A stretch of 64,000 bases of DNA from Lingula anatina (Eukaryota > Animalia > Brachiopoda), in the NCBI GenBank assembly GCA_051362555.1, contig CM120641.1, positions 32,990,401 through 33,054,400 on the forward strand, read 5' to 3'. The notes beneath the pieces are model-generated. The model worked only from the letters and a program-made list of their open reading frames with translations, was not told the DNA's origin and did no database searches. Position 1 is the first letter of the stretch; every line of letters starts with the position of its first letter. Of the stretch, positions 28,176 through 40,179 are shown in pieces. Made by a program: the position numbers and the translations under genes.

Positions 28176-30481
28176 TTTTAACTCTGTATTCTCAACTGTA
28201 TTCTCAACTCAGATTCTTCTGTGATCAAGAGGAAATGCAAGATCTTTTACTAGGGGACCCTGAATTTGAAAATCAAAATATTATGACGAATAAGACATGG
28301 AGGCTAGAGAAACTGATATAATATAATATTGTTGACCACGATATAAAGCTGCCTCATGTATATTAAACTATGAAATCTACCTGTAAACGCAGACTTATCA
28401 AACCTTGCAAGTTCATCTTTTTTTTCTGGAGAATGGTACATTCAAGTGACATGACATTTATTATGAAACAATTGAGGATATTACTTACTTAAGCCATATT
28501 TTATGGTGCTTGAAACTGTGGGCATTTTTTGTCACTTGATTTTAGAGAGATTTTGATAGATATCATGAAGTCAGATTAGGTACAACTCTGTTAAAGAACT
28601 TGTGAATCACTAATTGTATGAAAATAATCAAAATTGGGGTTTGAATAATGCTTCAATAATTGTCTTAATCATTTTGACTTGAGCCTATTTTATCTGTGAA
28701 TATCAAATTTTAATATTTTTAACATTTTATCAGAGTATTTCAGATATGCTTTATGAAAAAGTTTTAAATTGACAGGAGTATTTTTATAATAAGTCAGTTT
28801 TAGAAATCAAATTGATTCTATACTAGTGAAAATGTAAAATTCCAGAGTATATTTTTAACCAATGTTTTCTGTAATGCATCATACAGTGTGACTGCAGAGC
28901 CTTCAAACTAACTATTCCTTGCACTTGCTTTACTAAATGTTTGAAGCTGGTTTGTAGTCTAAAATCTGAGCCTATAAAGACTTAGCTGGCTAAGTTGCAC
29001 TTCACAGTTGTAAGAATCTTACAGACAGCCTAGGCCAGAAATAACTGATAAGTTGCAATGACTCACTGTAAAAAAGGTTGGTAGATTGCATGAATCTATT
29101 TGTGGTCTAAATTTTGTCTTTTATGCATATGTTTAATGAGAATAGCATCCAAAGGTTAAGGTTGGGCTTTCACTACACCAATCCCCTATTCCCCAAGAAA
29201 AGGTGCAAGAAAAGTTCTGATTTAATCAAAACTAGAGTATTGTTCGCTCATTAACCAAGTTATCAATTTTGCCTCATATTTTCCAGTCTTTTTACTTTCT
29301 TTTCACTTTCCTTTGATTTACATTTTGATCGTCTTGGCAAGTCTTTTACTTGCAGTGGTGTCAGTAGCCCATTTATGTATATTCTACTCATCAACTGTGG
29401 ACCAATCATTCTTAAAAAATTGTAGTTGTAAGACAATATCGCAAAGTTGACTTTGTATAGTTGGCTTTTCAGATTTAGCAGTCTAAGCTTAATTTTTTTG
29501 TGAAACGGTTCCCTTTTTTTCAATGAGCCAGTATACAGTACCTAATCAGTATTGAATTTACATATTTTATCTTTATCAGCACAATAAGAATCTTGCCATC
29601 TACTTTGAATTTTCATTGTTATTAACATTTTAGAATTGTTATGGAATTAAGCTAATTATGTTATCAGTAAGAACAAGATGTTATTATAATGATACATTTA
29701 TGTACTGTGTAGATGCCAGTGCACTACTAAATTATGAGGAGAAATTTTTAATATTTTTTGGGATGGAGGAAACACAATTAATGAGGTTTTGGGGATTATC
29801 TTAATTTTGTGCAAAATTGGGCAACAGACAATGGTTATTTATGTACTGAAAATATATCAATAAAGCAAAAAAGAATGATAGTGCTAAGCTTTGTGGTGGA
29901 ACCAAAATTTTAAGAAACAGATTTTGTGGGGTTGCAAAATATCGTGTGTATCACGTCTATAGACCTAGCAGTATAAAAAGCCTTATAATTCTTGCAAGTG
30001 GTTTCTTCTTAGTAATTTGGACATTTAAGGTAAATTGAGGACAACACCGCTTCACTAAGAAATGACGTAAAGTCAAACTACAACGAAGATGGACTGTGAA
30101 TTATACAAAAGTAATGTCTGATCGGAGAGTGGGGGTGCATTCGAAACACATGACCTATTGTCACTCTTACGTAGTTTTTTTTTAATTACACATACACCAT
30201 AATAATAACTTTAGCTAGAAGACACATTTTGTACGCCTAGTTCTAAGGACATAAGCCTACGGACGTATCCAATATATATTAGATGGGGTTGGGGTTTTTT
30301 ACCCCTCCTAAAATAAAATTTAAAACTCGGTCAGAACTTATAATTTGATATTAAATAACTTAATTATAAATTTATAATTGTATACATATGCATTTAAAAA
30401 AGTCATCAAATCACGTTCCAAGACCTAACTATTTTCGTAATGTACGCCTTATGACACTTGATAACGTTCACGTGATTCAGA

Positions 30482-30786
30482 TGAAGACAAAATGTGTCAA
30501 AAATATCTGAAATCGATATTGGGAAAGGGTTTAAGGGAATGATGTAAGGCACATGAGTAAACTGTGGTCACATAAAGAGATAATTCTAGTTTTTTATGTA
30601 ATTATGCAAACATTTTCCGACTCATGCATGCCTCAAAGTATGGGAAGTTTAAATATTTTAAATATCGAAGGCTTTAAAAATATCCTATGTGGATAATATT
30701 TACACGTTTTTAATACTAACAAAAATTAGACTGCTTTAAATAGGTATTACGACATGCACGTTTATTTTTGACACATTTTGTCTTCA
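30482..30786. repeat. Perfect 24-bp inverted repeat pair (probable MITE or transposon subterminus)
   Basis: TGAAGACAAAATGTGTCAAAAATA (30482-30505) and its exact reverse complement (30763-30786). Confidence 0.7.
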
Positions 30787-31310
30787 ACTTCGGTTGAATT
30801 TTTCACAGTAATGAATGTTTGCTAATTGCTTTCTAAGAGAATGCAGTTTTTGCCGTTTAAAAAATTTGACTTTTCCCTGTCACCATTTCGTCTAGCTAAT
30901 CGTGGATGTAACTGAATTATAGATTCTATCAATGGCTAAAATATTACAAAAAAACATAAAACAACTGAAAATAATGACCCGCGACAAAAGACGCCCCGAA
31001 AAGTTTCTTTTTTCAATTTTTAAAAACCGGGCGACACCTCGAAGGTGGCCGCATTATTGCGTTATTCAAAAAATTCTAGTTATTTTCGGAGACGTTTAAA
31101 CGTCAGATTTAGTTGCTAGGCTGATGTAAGTAAAGTTTCACTTGGACAAACAATTCTTACGTTTAGTAATATAAAAAAAGATAAATGGGCCTACACATAT
31201 ACTTGCATTATCTTTATAAAAAATCTTTTTCTGTTTCTGCTCAACTCATAACTCATGTTACTGGTGTGGGAGTACTGATAACCCGACGCCATGAAGGGAG
31301 ACGTCAGTTG

Positions 31311-31630
31311 TTAATTATTACCTAAATCAGTAGACGTTTTGAATATAGACATATACATTCACTCGTTTCTTCTGCCTTGCATTAGTAATATGATCCACTG
31401 CTGCTATCTTCCAGGCTATTAATTATTACCTAAATCAGTAGACGTTTTGAATATAAAAATATACATTCACTCGTTTCTTCTGCCTTGCATTAGTAATATG
31501 ATCCATTGCTGCTATCTTCCAGGCTATTAATTATTACCTAAATCAGTAGACGTTTTGAATATAAAAATATACATTCAGTCGTTTCTTCTGCCTGGCATAA
31601 GTAATATGATCCACTGCTTCTATCTTCCAG
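31311..31630. repeat. Tandem repeat, 3 x 108 bp
   Basis: Units start at 31311, 31419 and 31527 (TTAATTATTACCTAAATCAGTAGACG...CTATCTTCCAG). Confidence 0.95.
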
Positions 31631-32189
31631 TTTTGTAAATCAATATAATTTGTTTTTTCATTTTTCAGAATAACAAGTCAGCTGATTACAAAATGTGTTT
31701 CAGAGTACTTGGGTGACTGAACATGCTAAGTCCAGTGTACTTCCAATTGTCTCTCTACAATTCACTACAATCAGAACAACCATACTCCCTCAGGCTGCCT
31801 CAAAAATGCAGTCACCCTACGCCAAATTACATTATCCACATTTTGGATCAGTGTTCAAATACACGCACACTAAAGTAGCCTGCGAGAAGTTCACAGCTAC
31901 CAGCTTAACGGACATCGTACCTATAAAAATTTTAGGGAGAAGGTATGTTGCTCAGAAATTTTCATCAAATTTGCCTGCACATTTCACAGACATTGCTTAG
32001 AACTTATTACTCTTATTATAAACAAACTGACAGGCAGAATAATCAAAATATAAAATATAAAAGAAAATGTATATGTTGATAAGATATTATTACCAACTTT
32101 GCGCATCACTATCAAAGGCCATCCCCTTTGAACAAGTTGACCATTGGTGACAACAAGAACGCCATCATGTGACTATACGTCAACAAAGG

Positions 32190-32225
32190 TATAAAAGCGC
32201 AAAATTTTAAAAGTGCGTTCACTCA
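32190..32225 (+). promoter_or_regulatory. TATA box and initiator of a putative non-coding transcript
   Basis: TATAAAAG at 32190 with TTCACT (Inr-like) ~28 nt downstream, followed by a CpG-rich leader. Confidence 0.5.
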
Positions 32226-32538
32226 ACAGCGGACAGATCTAGAGCAACAGGACGGATGCCATGTGCTGCGCCCTGTATCAAGCACAAAGGACACGGGAGT
32301 CGACTCCCATTTCTCCGAATCTTCTACTCATCCTACGTCAACGCATCGCTCTTCGACATATTTTGTTCCCTGCACACACAAACGTCTAGACGGTGGATTC
32401 GGCGTTTCTCTTAGCTTCTCCCCACGAGGAATCGTCGCTCGGTCATCTTCGCAGGATACTTCACCTTTTTGCTGTCGTGGGCTGGAGTCGTAGTGTCATT
32501 GCATATTCCCATGCTTTCCAGGTTTCTTTTTATTACAG

Positions 32539-33607
32539 GTCCAGGAAGCAGACTGCAAACTGGTGGGCGCCACCTGTGGGACTTCGACTACACTCCTTAA
32601 GGTATGTAATCTTTTTTTCTTTTTGGAAGGGAAGTTTGAGAAATGAAAGAAATCTAATCTCGTTTTTATTTCTGTTTACAGGACGTAGAAGATGATGGGC
32701 GCCACCTGTGGGACTTCGACTACACTCCTTAAGGTATGTAATCTTTTTTTCTTTTTGGAAGGGGGGTTTGAGAAATGAAAGAAATCTAATCTCGTTTTTA
32801 TTTCTGTTTACAGGACATAGAAGATGATGGGCGCCACCTGTGGGACTTCGACTACACTCCTTAAGGTATGTAATCTTTTTTTCTTTTTGGAAGGGGAGTT
32901 TGAGAAATGAAAGAAATCTAATCTCGTTTTTATTTCTGTTTACAGGACATAGAAGATGATGGGCGCCACCTGTGGGACTTCGACTACAGTACACTCCTTA
33001 AGGTATGTGATCTTTTTTTCTTTTTGGAAGGGGAGTTTGAGAAATGAAAGAAATCTAATCTCGTTTTTATTTCTGTTTACAGGACATAGAAGATGATGGG
33101 CGCCACCTGTGGGACTTCGACTACACTCCTTAAGGTATGTAATCTTTTTTCTTTTTGGAAGGGGGGTTTGAGAAATGAAAGAAATCTAATCTCGTTTTTA
33201 TTTCTGTTTACAGGACATAGAAGATGATGGGCGCCACCTGTGGGACTTCGACTACACTCCTTAAGGTATGTAATCTTTTTTCTTTTAGGAAGGGGGGTTT
33301 GAGAAATGAAAGAAATCTAATCTCGTTTTTATTTCTGTTTACAGGACATAGAAGATGATGGGCGCCACCTGTGGGACTTCGACTACACTCCTTAAGGTAT
33401 GTAATCTTTTTTTCTTTTTGGAAGGGGAGTTTGAGAAGTGAAAGAAATCTAATCTCGTTTTTATTTCTGTTTACAGGACATAGAAGATGATGGGCGCCAC
33501 CTGTGGGACTTCGACTACACTCCTTAAGGTATGTAATCTTTTTTCTTTTTGGAAGGGAAGTTTGAGAAATGAAAGAAATCTAATCTCGTTTTTATTTCTG
33601 TTTACAG
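32539..33607 (+). repeat. Tandem array of 8 x ~132-bp units, each one exon-like block plus one 79-80-nt GT-AG intron-like block
   Basis: Unit: GACATAGAAGATGATGGGCGCCACCTGTGGGACTTCGACTACACTCCTTAAG|gtatgt...aatctaatctcgtttttatttctgtttacag. Confidence 0.95.
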
Positions 33608-33668
33608 GACACAATTGCAAGGAGACACCCCACATCTACACTTTAGCTACTTCGACCATCCCTTGGAG

Positions 33669-34465
33669 CCAGCGAGTCCTGCCATGGTCTCTCTACGAGG
33701 TGGCTTCACTGGGGAAGCGTCCAGCGAGTCCTGCCATGGTCTGTCTACGAGGTGGCTGCACTGGGGAAGCATCCAGCGAGTCCTGCCATGGCCTGTCTAC
33801 GAGGTGGCTGCACAGGGGAAGCGTCCAGCGAGTCCTGCCATGGTCTGTCTACGAGGTGGCGGCACAGGGGAAGCATCCAGCGAGTCCTGCCATGGTCTGT
33901 CTACGAGGTGGCTGCACTGGGGAAGCGTCCAGCGAGTCTTGTCATATGGTGTTTCAATGAGATGGAAACCACTTAAAGGTAAGCCTGTATGAAAAGTCAT
34001 TAATTCATTTTTCTTTCTGTTGACAGAACACAACTGCAAGGAGACGTCCCACATCTACACTTAAGCTACTTTGACCATTCCTTGGTGCCAGCGAGTCCTG
34101 CCATGGTCTGTCTCTTTGATGTGGCTGCACTGGGGAAGCGTCCAGCGAGTCCTGTCATGGCCTGTCTACGAGGTGGCTGCATTAAGGAAGCGTCCGGCGA
34201 GTCGTGCCATGGTCTATCTGCGAGGTGGCTGCACTGGGGAAGCGTCCAGCGAGTCCTGCCATGGTCTTTCTGCGAGGTGGCTGCACTGGGGAAGCGTCCA
34301 GCGAGTCCTGCCATGGTCCGTCTACGAGGTGGCTGCACTGGGGAAGCGTCCAGCGAGTCCTGCCATGGTCCGTCTACGAGGTGGCTGCACTGGGGAAGCG
34401 TCCAGCGAGTCCTGCCATGGTCTGTCTACGAGGTGGCCGCACTAGGAAGCGTCCAGCGAGTCCTG
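33669..34465 (+). repeat. 52-bp GC-rich tandem repeat in two arrays (5+ and 7+ copies)
   Basis: CCAGCGAGTCCTGCCATGGTCTGTCTACGAGGTGGCTGCACTGGGGAAGCGT at 33669-33936 and 34088-34465. Degenerate copies lie near 34540 and 35125. Confidence 0.95.
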
Positions 34466-35937
34466 TCCAACGTTTCATGGCAACTGCAAGGAGAAGAGGG
34501 CCACGTGCACACTTCCGATACATCCCTCAATCCTTGGTGCCAGTGAGTCCTGCCACGGTCTGTTGAAGAGGCTGCATTGGAGAAGCGTCTGAAGCATATG
34601 GTGTTTCACTGAGGCGGAAAAACCTGCAAGGTAACCCGTGTTACTGGCGAGAACAATACAATAATTAATTATTCAGCAGCAGTCTGTGCCATAAACTTTT
34701 CACCCTACTGGCCATTCAGTCCACCTTCTTTCCTAAAAACTAGATAGAGATGTCTGAATCTTGATTCACTGGTTCGAATACAAAGTTCAATAGGACTAGA
34801 CTGGATTGCATTAATATTTGTATTAACAAGACCTTGACATTTTTCTCGAATCATGATGTAACAGTTATATTTGAAATAAATCAAAAGCTCTTCTTCATAC
34901 TTATAGAAAAAATCTAACAGCCATGTCACCAAATTGACACATTCTGGAAATCTACCGATTCCAACAATTTTTCTGGCTGCAGACTGCTTTTGATATACAA
35001 TTTTTGAAAACTAATCAAATTTTCCTTTCTATTTACAGAACTCAATTAGGGCAATTCCTGATAAAGTCCCGCTTTTTTGAAAGGGGTGCAAGAAGAGGGT
35101 CACATTCAATCCTTGGTGCATGGTTGAGTCCTGCCATGGTCTGTATGTTAGGGGGCTGCATGGGGGAGCATCAGAAGCATATGGCGTTTCACAGAGATGG
35201 AAACCTATCAAGCCTTAAAAGGTACATATCACTCATGTTTTTGGGGGAAAACAAAACACTTAAGTGATTTTTCATACCTTGAAAAACTAAAAACCGTTAG
35301 CCACATTAATTTGACAGCTCACATTCAGAAGGCAATGTCTTTTACCCATGACCCACTCCTAGGATTAAGATATTTATGGTTAGTACATTGGATTTGGGTG
35401 GGAAAAGTAAAGAGGGAAACTTTTGACTTATAATTTTTTATTTTGTAGTTGAGGCAGATAGCATTGGTGAGCGCCTGTCCTGATGACGGTCCATTTTAAC
35501 AAGGTTAACAAGGCTAAAATGGAGAAAGCCATGTCAGCTATATCATATAGTGTTTCAAGAGCCCTTCAGTAGTTGTGATTGGAGAGCATTCAAGGTAAGT
35601 TATGGGACAGGATAAGGGTAAATGAACTAGATTGTCATTCATTGTATAGATAATACAAATCTTTTATCAGTGCAACTCCAACAAACTGAGCATTTTGTGC
35701 AAGGTCTTAGACAATTGTTTTAAGAATGTTTGGGACCTGTCACTCGGTGCAGGCATTTGTTTTCTATTTACAATTTACTCTAGCAAATTCAGTGCTCATT
35801 TTTCACAGGTAAAAAGCTCTTTTAATTTGTCACAGATGTGGAAAAACCTTATCATTCATACAAAATATTTTGACATGCCATTCGTCAACTTTCAGATCCT
35901 CAACAGTCTCAATATTCTGCAGGACGTTGTCAATGTG

Positions 35938-36535
35938 CCAGATCACTTGGAGCTACCGCCCCCACCACCCACCACCACCAATGTGACTCCGGGGCGTGGT
36001 CACTGGTCCAGATTACTTCGAGCTACCGCCCCCACCACCCACCACCACCAATGCGACTCCGAGGTGTGGTCACTGGTCCAGATTACTTGGAGCTACCGCC
36101 CCCACCACCCACCACCACAAATGTGACTCCGGGCGTGGTCACTGGTCCAGATTACTTGGAGCTACGGCCCCCACCACCCACCGCCACCAATGTGACTCCG
36201 GGGCGTGGTCACTGGTCCAGATTACTTCGAGCTACCGCCCCCACCATGCACCCACCACCAACAATGCGACTCCGAGGTGTGGTCACTGGTCCAGATTACT
36301 TGGAGCTACCGCCCCCACCACCCACCACCCACCACCAACAATGTGACTCCGAGGCGTGGTCAGTGGTCCAGATTACTTGGAGCTACCGCCCCCACCACCC
36401 ACCACCACCAATGTGACTCCAGGGCGTGGTTACTGGTCCAGATTACTTGGAGCTACCGCCCCCAACACCCACCACCAATGTGACTCCGGGACGTGGTCAC
36501 TGGTCCAGATTACTTCGAGCTACCACCCCCACCTC
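35938..36535 (+). repeat. ~70-bp C-rich tandem repeat, ~9 copies
   Basis: CCAGATTACTTGGAGCTACCGCCCCCACCACCCACCACCACCAATGTGACTCCGGGGCGTGGTCACTGGT at 35938, 36008, 36078, 36147, 36217, 36291, 36368, 36438 and 36505. Confidence 0.95.
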
Positions 36536-39500
36536 CAGTGCTGTGGTTGTGGTAATAAAAGGCCACCGTACACGCGTAGAAGTGAGTATTTATTTCCATC
36601 TCTCTATTTTGTTCAGATTGTTAGGCATTTTCCTGGTTTATATGCCTCCCTTTACGCCTCTTGTTCTCCAGTCACTTTCTTTTTGTAGAATCTTGGCACT
36701 CTCCCAATCAATGTTTTTTTGTGATGGTTCGTTGTAGCAGAAGGCTACCTTGGGCTGTAGTGTATTTTTCCCTCTTCGGGTACCCTTTCTTATTCCTTCC
36801 CGTGTTCTTTAACTCTAACGTTCAACTTTCTCTTTGTCTCTCCCATATAAATCCTTCACAAATTAAACACTTGATGGAATACTAGTACACTCCTCCCGCT
36901 GGATCTAGATTGTTCAGGCTTTACTAAAAAACTTGTCTTTGAGTAGAGTCGTTTAAATGCTGTTAGTGTTCCTTTTCCTTCGTTAAAACTAATTTGTGCA
37001 ATACCCCATTGTGACATTAAGTCTGAAGGTCGCCAGTGGCATGTCAAAATATTTCGCTTGAATGTTTTTTCCAAGTTTGTGACAAAAGTGCTTTTTATAT
37101 TTATTTCCCATCAAACTGCTGAAACTTTAAAAACACATTTCATATACAAATGGTTGACTTTTATTACATTTTGAAGTAATAATTTAAATTTGCAGGCTAC
37201 CAAAAGTGGTGGATTCTAAAAATGAAGATTGCAACTACCAAACCTCCAGATGAAACACTTCTTCAGGATTGAGGGATCTTTATACAGATAACTTTGTAAG
37301 TTATTGGGGATCAACAACTTAAAAAAAGTGGTTCTGAATTTTTTAAGTATTATTATTGGTGTATTATGGCATTTCTTATTATTGACAGTGATCAAAAACT
37401 ATATCCTATGTTAACAAACAGTAGAATTAGAAGTAGCACAGACAGTCAACAATTTAACATGTAGGCTAACATTACAATATTCAATATAGCAACATCTTTT
37501 CTTACTTTTTTGTCAAATGTTTGAAATAATTTATTTTTTGAAGACTGCTGTCTACTTACTCTAAAAAGTTAATATATATATTTCAATAAAGGAAGCATAT
37601 TTCACTGTACATTTGGAAATAACGCTCTGATCATTTTAAGAACCAAGCTTTTCATTAATGTTAACGGTGTGTAAATACCAGTGATATACTTTCTTTGTTG
37701 CAGTTACTGCAAGCTTTCGATATAGCTTTTCATACTTTTGAGTAAAAGTTGGATTTTATTTGTAGGCTACGAATTGGGAGTTTTCCAATAATTACGCCTG
37801 CATGATGTCGGATAACGTCGACCCAAGACCAAATGTCCAAGATGTTGAACACTGTACAGCGTTAGCAAGGAGCCCTGTGGACACTTTCATGGATGCTCGG
37901 ACATCCCACGAGTTTTGGTGTTGAAGGACACGGCTTGTTCTGCAAACAAATATAAAGAATGTGGAATGGTAATGAAGGCAATATACAGTACTGAATGTAG
38001 TGGGAATACAGTCTAATAATGTATCAGTCTTTTGGATGCTGAGAATATTTGGGGTTCATGGGTCACAAACATGTCAAGGTAAAATTGCATCAAATTTCAT
38101 TTGTATTTTATGCCCTATGCAGTGAACCATTTTATTTCAATAACAGAAGAGAAAACTGAGGTTCAAGATAATTCTTCATTCCATACAAGATCAATTGAAT
38201 AAGATGTGTGCTTCTGTAGGAAAAGTCTACCTCAACAGTTGCTATAATTATTATATTAATAAATTTGAATATAGAGTTGCTTTATCCACATTCTGAATGC
38301 AGATAGTTTTTTGCTCACAAAAGCATTCCCACCACTTGTGGTCGTCTGTGTTTTGTTTCAATCTGAGATGGTCATTTTTCAAATTTGTGCTTTTGATGAT
38401 GTGGAGTTGTTTGTCAGTATGGCATTTGAAAAGGTCTTAACCTGCACACTAACCTTACTAACAAACCCTCACATCTTTGTAAAATCTGACTTCATGTAAA
38501 CGCTTTTACATGAAGAGATTTTACATTGATAGATTGTGCAAAATCTGTAATGAAATATTTTACGTGTGAGATAATATTTCATTATATTTTTTGTACAGTC
38601 TGCTCTTCTTGAGAGATGCTGTCATCTCTCAAGATAGAGATCACATTACTAATATTCAGATTTTCTCAAGTGTTATACTTGACAAATACATCCACTTCAT
38701 CACATATGCACCTTTTCTCCGGATCAAAAAAATTCAGATTGAAATTTACATGGGCGGTCATACAGTGTAATGTGAGATCCGAAATATTTTGAAGCAAGCT
38801 TGCTTTATTCTGTACTTGTATCATGCAGGTAGTTGCGATTTCAGTGCAAAGTTACATTTTAGAAACCTGGTATTTTAAGTCGAATTATATATCAAAGTTT
38901 AGTTGAAATCATTGATATTCCCGAGTTATAATCATATTACTTGAATCTGTTTGCATTTTATCATAAAGAGAACTATAATCAAGTTTTGAAAGATGCTTGC
39001 AGTTGTAAAATGATAACTTTATTTATGGTTTTAATTCTCCAAGATAAAGTCAAAATGATTCTGTTTAATTGTTATGTCTCTTGTTAGTTTTTTATTGGCT
39101 TCAGTGCCTTTTTCTGTAAGAATTACTTTAATAAGTTTTTATGCTTCACCTCGTGTATAGTATTATAGAGAATAGTTAGTCAACACAAAGGTTATTCCGT
39201 CACACAATGCTGTCTAAAACGGGACGATTCTTGAACTGTACGCAGCGCCGTGCCAATAGAAACCGATTTCGTCATGTTATAAGGACCGAATTATCCGGGC
39301 GTTGGCACTTTCCCGGCATTCCCCACGAAGGGTTTAGACGGGTTTTTCCCCACGGCCCGAGAGCATCTGGTACCAGTTTCCGACCACAAGACCTGCATTA
39401 TCGGACTGTGTGCGTTCCGACGCTAGATGAAGACGATGGAAAATCTTGGAACTTTTGATAATACTGCGATGTATTAATTCATTGCGTTTACGTAGTTCAT

Positions 39501-39852
39501 TACTGATTATTAGTCCTTTTTAAATCAACTGTAAATATTCAAAATTGTACATAATAGTTGAATAAAAAATATTCTATAATTTTCTTTCTTTCTTTTTTTG
39601 TAAAAAAAGTGGTCGTGTACAGATCGCTAAAAAAAAAAGCGAGACTTGCAAATAAATTTAAATGGACTCGCATGTATGCTCGTTTTTAAATCATTAGTAG
39701 AAATTATCCTCTTTCGCCTCTCACTTAAACTTTTACAATCTCGTCACTATTTCTGTCACTCCAATTTCTTCCATAAAACTAGCCGATGTCCAGGTAATGA
39801 GTTGAATTTTGGTTTTTGGATACAAAGCTGTGGTGCTGCGTTACTTTGCTCT

Positions 39853-40008
39853 CCCGGGCCCCGTAACTCGAAAGCAGCGCGCATTGCGACCGAGCGCAAG
39901 CGTCTCGATTCCATTACTTGCCCAAGCTCGCCCCGTGTAATACACTGTAGCCTCTATGTGATATCGCCGTTCGCAATACGCGATGCTTTTAAGTTACGGA
40001 GCCCCAGG
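39853..40008. repeat. CpG-rich imperfect palindrome (probable DNA-transposon subterminal region)
   Basis: CCGTAACTCGAAAGCAGCGCGCATTGCGA pairs with TCGCAATACGCGATGCTTTTAAGTTACGG. Confidence 0.55.
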
Positions 40009-40179
40009 AATAACTCGAGCCGTTACCTAGACTTTCCTGAGTCAAATTAGAGAAGTAACTATCTTACTTAAATAAATCCCACTGTAGATTTAAGAACCCA
40101 ACACCTCTTAATGTTAACGAAGGGGTACATTGTGTATAAATGTATATGTTCTTGACTATAACACAAGTAAAACGAGAAA

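Larger units (their letters stand above)
32220..37968 (+). ncRNA. Putative multi-exon, tandem-repeat-rich long non-coding RNA
   Basis: Plus-strand AG/GT-bounded exon-like blocks: 32539-32601; seven 52(57)-nt exons at 32682, 32814, 32946, 33083, 33214, 33345 and 33477; then 33608-33978, 34027-34630, 35039-35221, 35449-35594, 35896-36581, 37196-37295 and 37766-37968. No coherent ORF. Transcription itself is inferred, not shown. Confidence 0.45.

Noticed and set aside
35470-35545. Hammerhead ribozyme (CTGATGA...TCCATTTTA/TAAAATGGA...GAAA)
   Set aside because: Core motifs and a 9-bp stem II-like helix exist, but three extra nucleotides separate them and no stem I can be formed around a cleavage triplet. 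At best a decayed relic.
32539-36535. CRISPR array
   Set aside because: The units are whole tandem duplicates with no unique spacers, the context is eukaryotic, and there are no cas genes.
32263-36737. Many overlapping 70-157 aa ORFs as protein-coding genes
   Set aside because: They arise from GC-rich tandem repeats whose unit lengths (52, 70) are not multiples of 3, or they read through intron-like sequence. No recognisable domain.
39207-39458. 83-aa ORF as a gene
   Set aside because: No recognisable motif or splice linkage; CpG-rich, transposon-like context.
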